A stretch of 64,000 nt of DNA from Candidatus Algichlamydia australiensis (GTDB lineage Bacteria > Chlamydiota > Chlamydiia > Chlamydiales > JAJFMI01): contig JAXCHI010000004.1 in NCBI GenBank assembly GCA_033977065.1, forward strand, positions 96,001 to 160,000. The letters run 5' to 3'. Both the position numbers and the translations under genes were made by a program. The notes under the pieces are model-generated. The model saw only the letters and a program-made list of their open reading frames with translations. It was not told the DNA's origin and searched no databases. This document shows, one piece after another, positions 57,225 to 64,000 of this stretch (its first letter is position 1; each line of letters opens with the position of its first letter).

Positions 57225-58594
57225 AAAAAGTACTTATTGCCAACCGCGGCGAAATTGCCGTACGTATTATCCGAGCATGTCACGATTTAGGACTCTCTAC
57301 CGTGGCAGTCTACTCAAAAGCTGATCAAGAGGCTCTGCACGTCTTGCATGCTGACGAGGCTATATGCATTGGAGATGCGCCGGCAATCAAATCGTACTTA
57401 CGTATTCCAAATATTCTCTCTGCCTGTGAGATTACAGGTGCTGATGCAGTACATCCAGGTTACGGTTTTTTAAGCGAAAATCCCAATTTTGCTTCTATTT
57501 GCGAAAGTTGTGGCTTAACTTTCATTGGACCCACTTCAGATACCATTTCGATGCTTGGTGACAAGGCCAATGCAAAAGCGATTGCTCGGTCAGCGAAATG
57601 TCCCGTTATCCCTGGGTCAGCTGGTGTTGTTCCCAACATTAAAGAGGGATTGAAAGAAGCGGAAAAAATTGGCTACCCTGTCATGATCAAAGCCGTTGCA
57701 GGCGGTGGTGGAAAAGGGATTCGTCTAGCTCATGATGAGGCGGATTTTGTTCGTCAATTTACAGCTGCACGAGCCGAGGCAGAAGCCTCTTTCAACAATC
57801 CTGACGTCTATTTAGAAAAAATGATTGTGGACCCACGACATGTGGAAGTCCAAATTATCGGGGATAAGCATGGTAATTACGTTCACTTAGGTGAGCGCGA
57901 CTGTACCATCCAGCGTCGTAGACAAAAATTAATCGAAGAGTGCCCGAGTCCTGCTATTTCACCCCAGCAGCGTAAGAAGATGGGTGAGGCGGCTGTTAAC
58001 CTAGTTAAAGCGGCTAAGTATCATACTGTTGGTACAGTAGAGTTTTTGCTTGATAAAGATGGGCGCTTCTACTTCATGGAAGTCAATACCCGTATTCAGG
58101 TAGAGCACACTGTTACAGAAGAGCTTACTGGTATCGACCTTGTGAAAGAGCAAATTCGCCTGGCTATGGGTGAGAAGCTCGGCTACAAACAGAAAGAAGT
58201 CAACTTTGATGGTCATGTAATCCAATTTCGTATTAACGCTGAAAACCCTTCCAAGAATTTTGCCCCATCACCAGGTTGCTTAGAGTACTTTATTACACCA
58301 GGTGGTCCTTCCGTACGCGTTGACACCTCTTGCTACAGTGGTTATAAAATTCCACCAAATTACGACTCACTGATTGCAAAACTTATTGTTAAGGGCAAAG
58401 ATCGCAAGAGTGCAATGGCGATTGGCAAGCGCGCCTTAAAAGAATTTCACATTGGTGGAGTGCATTCCACTATTCCTTTTCACAGATATATGCTGAAAAA
58501 TGATATCTTCAAGTCAGGAAAGTTCACATTAAAATTTGTGGATGAACTCCTTGAAGAAGAGCATAATTTTGATGAAGAAGAACTCCCCGTATAA
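57221..58594 (+). CDS. accC: Biotin carboxylase
   Basis: IANRGEIAVR, HPGYGFLSEN, EVNTRIQVEH. Confidence 0.98.
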   Translation: MKKVLIANRGEIAVRIIRACHDLGLSTVAVYSKADQEALHVLHADEAICIGDAPAIKSYLRIPNILSACEITGADAVHPGYGFLSENPNFASICESCGLTFIGPTSDTISMLGDKANAKAIARSAKCPVIPGSAGVVPNIKEGLKEAEKIGYPVMIKAVAGGGGKGIRLAHDEADFVRQFTAARAEAEASFNNPDVYLEKMIVDPRHVEVQIIGDKHGNYVHLGERDCTIQRRRQKLIEECPSPAISPQQRKKMGEAAVNLVKAAKYHTVGTVEFLLDKDGRFYFMEVNTRIQVEHTVTEELTGIDLVKEQIRLAMGEKLGYKQKEVNFDGHVIQFRINAENPSKNFAPSPGCLEYFITPGGPSVRVDTSCYSGYKIPPNYDSLIAKLIVKGKDRKSAMAIGKRALKEFHIGGVHSTIPFHRYMLKNDIFKSGKFTLKFVDELLEEEHNFDEEELPV

Positions 58595-59474
58595 AGCAAT
58601 CATTCTGGCTGGAGGGTCGGGTACACGCCTCTATCCCTCTACACTTGTCACAAGCAAACAGCTCCTGCCTGTCTATGACAAACCGATGATTTACTACCCT
58701 CTTTCGGTCATCATTCAAGCAGGAATTCGAGAAATTTTACTCATCTCATCAGAGCATGACCTCCCACGCATCCAGGAGCTTTTTGGAGATGGTTCTCACC
58801 TTGGTTTAGAGCTCTCCTACGCTGCACAAAAAGAGCCAAATGGCATTGCAGAAGCGTTTCTCATTGGAGAAGAGTTTATTGATAACACTCCCGTTGCGCT
58901 TGTGCTTGGGGACAATCTGTTTACAGGCCCTCACTTAAAAACTCTGGTTCAGCGCGCAGCACAAAGTGAGTCGGGTGCAACAGTCTTTGGCTATGAAGTG
59001 CAAGACCCTTCGCGCTACGGTGTGATCGCCTTTGATGATCAGGGAAGACCAAAAGAGATCGTTGAAAAACCGAAAAATCCCCCCTCGCGTTATGCTGTAA
59101 CAGGTCTCTACTTTTACGATACAAATGTTGTTTCAATTGCCAAATCTCTTAAACCCTCTCCGCGCGGAGAGTTAGAAATCACCGATGTTAACCGTGCCTA
59201 CTTGCAAGATGGAAATTTGCACGTCACAATCCTTGATCGTGGGTATGCGTGGCTTGACACAGGAACAGCAGACGCTCTCCACAAAGCTTCGGCTTATGTA
59301 CAAACTCTACAAGAGCGCCAAGGCATTCAAATAGGGTGCATAGAAGAAGAGGCGTATAATATGGGCTGGATCTCAGATGATCAGCTCCTATTTTTAAGTG
59401 GCCGGTACTTGGGAAATGCGTACGGAAATTACCTCCAAAGTCGAATTAAAAAAGAGATGTTGACAAAGTCTTGA
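58572..59474 (+). CDS. rfbA: Glucose-1-phosphate thymidylyltransferase
   Basis: ILAGGSGTRLYP..SKQLLPVYDKPMIYYP, RGELEITD, WLDTGT. Confidence 0.96.
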   Translation: MKKNSPYKAIILAGGSGTRLYPSTLVTSKQLLPVYDKPMIYYPLSVIIQAGIREILLISSEHDLPRIQELFGDGSHLGLELSYAAQKEPNGIAEAFLIGEEFIDNTPVALVLGDNLFTGPHLKTLVQRAAQSESGATVFGYEVQDPSRYGVIAFDDQGRPKEIVEKPKNPPSRYAVTGLYFYDTNVVSIAKSLKPSPRGELEITDVNRAYLQDGNLHVTILDRGYAWLDTGTADALHKASAYVQTLQERQGIQIGCIEEEAYNMGWISDDQLLFLSGRYLGNAYGNYLQSRIKKEMLTKS

Positions 59475-59489
59475 TCAATTATTTACAAT
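59460..59489 (+). promoter_or_regulatory. Near-consensus sigma-70 promoter
   Basis: TTGACA-18nt-TACAAT upstream of the 59528 gene (GGAGG RBS). Confidence 0.6.
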
Positions 59490-59527
59490 CGACTTCACAA
59501 TAACAAATTCCAAATGGAGGAAAACAT

Positions 59528-59827
59528 ATGACGTGGACAGATACTGCAAAAGCTTATGCAACAAATGTAAACATCCAAGCTAGTGTACTTTCGATGGCTG
59601 GTGCATTTGCATTAAGTAGAAATAATGAAGTTAACAAGTGTGCGCTGATGCTTTTTGGATCAATAGCTGCAGCTAACTTTATTTTTACCGCTGTTCAGCC
59701 TAAGGCTGTTGAAGAAGAATCTAAAAATAGTTGGACTGATCAAGCAAAAGATCAACTACAAGGTTTCACAGCGAGAGTTGTAGCAGGATTTGCACTAGCA
59801 TATATTGCGAATAACTATATTTCTTAA
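59528..59827 (+). CDS. Small membrane protein
   Basis: Own promoter, RBS and terminator; 2-3 hydrophobic segments. Confidence 0.7.
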   Translation: MTWTDTAKAYATNVNIQASVLSMAGAFALSRNNEVNKCALMLFGSIAAANFIFTAVQPKAVEEESKNSWTDQAKDQLQGFTARVVAGFALAYIANNYIS

Positions 59828-59844
59828 TAGGTTCTATTTATGAA

Positions 59845-59874
59845 GGGTAGAGAGAATCTCTCTGCCTTTTTTTT
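59845..59874 (+). terminator. Rho-independent terminator
   Basis: GGGTAGAGAG-aat-CTCTCTGCCT followed by a T run. Confidence 0.8.
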
Positions 59875-60769
59875 ATCCCAATTTCCAGGAACGTTTTTTC
59901 TTTTTTACTGGAGACTTTCCATACACAGCTTCGTGTAAATTTTGAATAGCCATAAAGGCAGAAGGATCTTCTCGCAGGATGATCTCTTTAAGCTCTGACA
60001 AGTCAAGTCTCTCTACAATCACAAATAAAATTTGTCTCTCATCGCCGGAATAACCACCCTTACCGTGCATAATCGTCAACCCAAGGCCTAGTTCTTCCAT
60101 AATGACTTTTTTCAGTTTGTCAGGGTTGGATGAGATGACCATCACAGATTTTACTTCATCAAGGCCGACGATCACCATGTCCATTGTTTTGAAGGCGACA
60201 ACGTAGGTCATAAGAGAGCGCAGAGCGATGTGCCAATCTTGGAAGATGAGACCGTATGCACCGAAAACAAAGATGTTGATGAAGAGGACTACCTGCCCAA
60301 CAGTAAATCCTTTTTTGCGGTTGATGATAATTGCCATGATTTCTGTACCATCAAGGCACCCACCATGGCGAATAATCAAACCAACACCCATTCCTAGAAT
60401 CACACCTCCGAAGAAAATCACTTCGAGAGGGTCGCCAATGAAGGGAGGAATCAGCAGTTCAATAAAGCTTAAAAAGAGGGCAAAGAGGAGAACAGCGATT
60501 AAAAATTGGATCACAAACGCCTTGCGGATGAATTTATAGGCTAGATAGAGAAAAGGGGCATTGAGGACAATGAGAAGGGGAGAGATGAGGCCATCTCCAA
60601 AAAGCCTTCCAAAAATTAGAGAGACTCCAATAATCCCTCCATCAATTAAGTAATTGGGGACAAGAAAAACACGGATGGAGAGCGCTGCTAAAAAGGCGCC
60701 GATTGCCATCCACATATATGTTAAAGCTTTTTGTTTAGATGTCTTTGCTACAGCTTGTGTTCCTACCAT
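59873..60769 (-). CDS. YitT family membrane protein
   Basis: LIDGGIIGVS, GGCLDGTE, GKGGYSG, DPSAF. Confidence 0.93.
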   Translation of the reverse strand: MVGTQAVAKTSKQKALTYMWMAIGAFLAALSIRVFLVPNYLIDGGIIGVSLIFGRLFGDGLISPLLIVLNAPFLYLAYKFIRKAFVIQFLIAVLLFALFLSFIELLIPPFIGDPLEVIFFGGVILGMGVGLIIRHGGCLDGTEIMAIIINRKKGFTVGQVVLFINIFVFGAYGLIFQDWHIALRSLMTYVVAFKTMDMVIVGLDEVKSVMVISSNPDKLKKVIMEELGLGLTIMHGKGGYSGDERQILFVIVERLDLSELKEIILREDPSAFMAIQNLHEAVYGKSPVKKKKRSWKLG

Positions 60770-60781
60770 GTCCTCAGTCTA

Positions 60782-61798
60782 CTAGAAGACGGCATAGAAA
60801 GTATAGACAAGACTCGCAAAATTTCCACTATTGCGGCCCGTTGCAGTAAACCAGACTCCTGCAACCATTCCAAATGTAGAGGAGGGATTGTACTCGATCG
60901 CAGGTGCAAAACTCAGCTGATCTCCTGAGGGGCCTCCTACAGAGAAGGGATTCCCATTAGCATCTCTGCCACGGCTTCCAGAAAAGCTCGCTTTGTTAAA
61001 ATAGGTGTAGACAGCATCGAGAGCGAAGACCCAGCGCTGGGTAATGCTGTACTCGTAGCCCACATCAATTCCCCAAGAATTTCCCGGTTTGACTTTGCCG
61101 TCTGTGCCTGGCCCTCCACCATAAGCATTTAGATTGTCGACATGTGTTGGTGTTGTGAAGGTGTAAAACAAATTACTTCTCATTGCTATTGGATGGAGTT
61201 TGCTCCACCAAAAAACTTTTGAGAGATTAAAACTAAATGTTGTGTTGTACGAGCCACCACCTGTGGCATCCACCCCATTTTTTTCAGGGTCAAGATTGTC
61301 GTACTTTCCTGTTGGGAGTGTTTCAGAAATTGTTAACCGCACATAGGGGCGGTAGGGCGTCTCTTTTTGGAGCTGGATTCCAAATGCAATGCTGGAGTCT
61401 CCGGAGTAGCTTCCCCAAATATCGCTCTGACGATTGAAAATTGCAGGAACAGTCATGTAAGTGTCGAGCCAGTCAGTAATCCCTGTTTGAAAATAGTAGA
61501 GGGGGTTGATTTCAAGAAAGTTAGGAATATTTTTGCTATGTCGATCATCATCGTACTCAGCATGAGTCACTGTGGTAAAAATGTAGGGCTGTACGACAGC
61601 TTGGCCTGGCGCTGCATTCACAGCGCTACCAGTTAAAAGAGGGCCAGAGTACCAAGGTTGAAACATTTTTCGTGCAATTTCAAAATTCTCTTCAGCAGAG
61701 CGCAGTTCACTCTGGATGACTTCTTGAGAGGGAGGTGTGTAGGGTTCCTGAGCGAAAAGTGCTCCAGCAAAAAATAGAGGAATAAAAAAATATCTCAT
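60782..61798 (-). CDS. Putative outer-membrane beta-barrel protein
   Basis: Signal peptide (MRYFF..LFA), PWYSGPLL, LPTGKY..ATGGGSY, terminal F. Confidence 0.6.
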   Translation of the reverse strand: MRYFFIPLFFAGALFAQEPYTPPSQEVIQSELRSAEENFEIARKMFQPWYSGPLLTGSAVNAAPGQAVVQPYIFTTVTHAEYDDDRHSKNIPNFLEINPLYYFQTGITDWLDTYMTVPAIFNRQSDIWGSYSGDSSIAFGIQLQKETPYRPYVRLTISETLPTGKYDNLDPEKNGVDATGGGSYNTTFSFNLSKVFWWSKLHPIAMRSNLFYTFTTPTHVDNLNAYGGGPGTDGKVKPGNSWGIDVGYEYSITQRWVFALDAVYTYFNKASFSGSRGRDANGNPFSVGGPSGDQLSFAPAIEYNPSSTFGMVAGVWFTATGRNSGNFASLVYTFYAVF

Positions 61799-61841
61799 GA
61801 AAGGGATGTTACAAAAATCAGCTTTTGCTATCAAGCAAGTT

Positions 61842-62174
61842 ATGAGTGAGATGGAGAGCGCAGGTAGTGGTCAGACACCTGAAGAGATGAAGGCTTATAG
61901 GCAAGACTTTCAAGAGAGTGTTGGTATTTTTCGTGAAGCTTTGGATGAATATTCCAAAACAGATAAAGGTTTTTATGCAAAGCAAGATACGCTCAAAGGG
62001 TCGATGAGCCAATCGAAAGAGGTGATGGACCAACTCTCACCCTTATTTAGTAAAGAGATTCAAAAACAGAAAGCACAACTTGACCAAGACTACGCCTCAT
62101 TTAGCAAGGATGACTCTGCGCAAAACATTGCAAAGCTTCAAGAGGATCTTAATCACTTAGATCAGGCGATCTAA
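61842..62174 (+). CDS. Hypothetical helical protein
   Basis: Hydrophilic helical ORF; start uncertain. Confidence 0.55.
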   Translation: MSEMESAGSGQTPEEMKAYRQDFQESVGIFREALDEYSKTDKGFYAKQDTLKGSMSQSKEVMDQLSPLFSKEIQKQKAQLDQDYASFSKDDSAQNIAKLQEDLNHLDQAI

Positions 62175-62817
62175 AAACTTTTAGCTTGTTTCTTACTTTT
62201 TTGTCAGGATGAAAGTAAAAAGGCTTAGAGTCACCGGGATCTCCGAGCCTTAAAACTCCCTTTTCAATTCGCTCAAAAACCATCGGTTTTTCTGAATGGA
62301 AAGATACCGCGGGTTCAACTACAGGGATTCCATCGATGTAAATGATCCCTTCTTTGACAGAGATATCTTTTGTCTCTTTAATCAGAGCCCCATTTCCAAG
62401 AGAGATATATTTTTTTGGGTTGGCTAAAGAATCGTTGTAAGTGTGCACTTTTTCTATTATTACTTTTGCGATGGTTTCGGAGTTACGAAGAGTTTTTCCA
62501 GTGCGATCTGTAATTACATTAACAATGCTTAAGGCTGCCCCTTTGGGTGGAATTGTTGTAAAAAACGAGCGGCACCAATCCCAAATTTTTCCTGCGGTCG
62601 ACTGCACGCGTGCCATGCTAATATAAACCGGTTCAGTTTGGTCTATCTCTTCACTTTTAAAAATTTCATCTCGCTTTACAAGCTTTTGATTTACTATTTG
62701 GCCGATTAAGAAAACTTGATAATCTGGGGAGAGTTTTTGGTTAGCTTGACTGAGAGCTTCTATGAAGAGAACGTAAGCACTTTCTGGGGTTGGGGGAGGA
62801 GTTTGATCAGTAACCAT
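62149..62817 (-). CDS. Hypothetical protein
   Basis: ORF downstream of tRNA-Asp; start moved to ATG 62817 to avoid tRNA overlap. Confidence 0.55.
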   Translation of the reverse strand: MVTDQTPPPTPESAYVLFIEALSQANQKLSPDYQVFLIGQIVNQKLVKRDEIFKSEEIDQTEPVYISMARVQSTAGKIWDWCRSFFTTIPPKGAALSIVNVITDRTGKTLRNSETIAKVIIEKVHTYNDSLANPKKYISLGNGALIKETKDISVKEGIIYIDGIPVVEPAVSFHSEKPMVFERIEKGVLRLGDPGDSKPFYFHPDKKVRNKLKVFRSPDLSD

Positions 62818-62832
62818 AAGTTTGTAAAAGTG

Positions 62833-62906
62833 CGCGGGAGACGGGACTCGAACCCGCAACTTCCAGCGTGACAGGCTGGTGCTCTAACCAGTTGAACTAC
62901 TCCCGC
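62833..62906 (-). tRNA. tRNA-Asp(GTC)
   Basis: GCGGGAG acceptor stem, anticodon loop CTGTCAC, GGTTCGAGTCC; CCA not encoded. Confidence 0.96.
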
Positions 62907-62927
62907 ACTTAAAGAAATCGGTTATGT

Positions 62928-63000
62928 TGGGCGCGACAGGACTCGAACCTGTGACCGCCTGTGTGTAAGACAGGTGCTCTACCAGCTGAGCTACACGCCC
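62928..63000 (-). tRNA. tRNA-Val(TAC)
   Basis: GGGCGTG acceptor stem, anticodon loop CTTACAC, GGTTCGAGTCC; CCA not encoded. Confidence 0.96.
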
Positions 63001-63071
63001 GACATCCTACCATAGTAGCAAGGTTCCGAGTTTTTCTACAACAAAATATCTAACACAAGTAAAATAAGGTC

Positions 63072-63485
63072 ATGAAATGTACAATTTTCTCTTTAATCCT
63101 GCTTGTAAGTTGCGCAGGAGGATCAAATAAAAATTACCATGAAAGAGGCCAATCTCTCTGCGATCAGCTTGCAAAAGAGCTTTCCACGATCACAACAAAA
63201 GAAGAGTTGGTTTCACGCGCACCTCAAATTGAAAAACGTTACGCGCAGATTGTAGATCTGATGATTGAGGCAAAAATTGAAAAAGAGCGCCGTCCTCACG
63301 CATTTGAAAAGCAAAGTGAGCCCTCGTTAAGCAGTGAGCGATTAAAAAAAGAGCTGGAGAGAATCTATGAAATTGAGGGTGGTCGCCGATTTATAGAAAA
63401 GCATACCCGCGAATCTCTCTATCGTTTAGGAGATACTGAACAACCCAAACTTTCCGAAAAGCATTCAAAAATTGGCCCAAATTAA
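63072..63485 (+). CDS. Putative lipoprotein
   Basis: LVSC lipobox; helical body. Confidence 0.65.
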   Translation: MKCTIFSLILLVSCAGGSNKNYHERGQSLCDQLAKELSTITTKEELVSRAPQIEKRYAQIVDLMIEAKIEKERRPHAFEKQSEPSLSSERLKKELERIYEIEGGRRFIEKHTRESLYRLGDTEQPKLSEKHSKIGPN

Positions 63486-63589
63486 TTTTTTGAACTCGCT
63501 AACTTTTAACAAGTTAACTCCGTTCTCCAAAATCAATTTTGCCTCAATTTTTGAACGCTTCTCGAAAAGAGCAGTTGTTCAGTGTCTCC

Positions 63590-64000
63590 TTAATCCAGTA
63601 ATGTAACACAGTGAGGATTCTTGTTTCTTGTAACCCAAGAAACTAAGAAAATGCTGACCATTCCTAAAGTAAAACCAGGAAGAAGTGTTGGCAGATTGGA
63701 GGGAACCAGAGGCCAGATTGCAGCAACACCTCCTCCGATCAAAATACCAGCCCACGCACCATACTTATTTACTCTTTTTGCATAGAGGCTTGCAATGATC
63801 AAGGGACCAAAAGCAGACCCCAAGCCGTACCACGCATATTCGACTAGGTGGTAGATCGAATTTTCGTTTTGGTAGGCGATAGCCCAGGCGATCAGAGAAA
63901 TCACAAAGATAGAGAGGCGAGAGACAAAGAGAATTTCCTTGGAGCTCGCATTTTTGCGTACCATGCGTTTGTAAAAATCTTCTGCAAAGCTTGATGCAAG
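63590..64000 (-). CDS. putP: Sodium:solute (proline) symporter, 3' part
   Basis: Frame open to window edge: LASSFAEDFY..LVEYAWYGLGSAFGP..GAWAG. Confidence 0.85.
   Translation of the reverse strand, partial: LASSFAEDFYKRMVRKNASSKEILFVSRLSIFVISLIAWAIAYQNENSIYHLVEYAWYGLGSAFGPLIIASLYAKRVNKYGAWAGILIGGGVAAIWPLVPSNLPTLLPGFTLGMVSIFLVSWVTRNKNPHCVTLLD

Noticed and set aside
62818..62859. Extended start of ORF 62149-62859
   Set aside because: Overlaps tRNA-Asp.
1..64000. CRISPR array, rRNA or IS transposase
   Set aside because: No regularly spaced repeats, rRNA-like sequence or transposase motifs seen.

Overview
Window from an environmental member of the phylum Chlamydiae. The assignment rests on gene order: rpsA-nusA-infB-rbfA-truB-ribF-ychF-sctU-sctV-copN-scc1-malQ and rpe-efp-accB-accC match known chlamydial synteny. 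The main accessory feature is an AT-rich ~24-kb locus (6740-30566) encoding a near-complete type VI secretion system: TssM, TssJ, DUF4280 PAAR-like tip, TssL, TssF, TssA/IglI-like, VgrG-like, TssE, TssK, Hcp/IglC-like, TssC, TssB and TssG, with no ClpV. Its sheath sequence and gene order resemble the Francisella pathogenicity island type (T6SS-ii). The locus also holds an apparently dead acyl-CoA-synthetase-fold protein, a large ankyrin protein, a LysM-like/hydrophobic-tail effector candidate and an autotransporter. It lies beside the native T3SS cluster and ~5.7 kb from clpB. Also present: AbiEi/AbiEii and HigBA toxin-antitoxin modules, the latter flanked by a diverged partial ychF duplication; LRR and DUF4116 effector-like genes inserted in conserved operons; a truncated ribF; a highly structured intergenic element; and two tRNAs. 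All family calls are from motif recognition by eye, not database searches.
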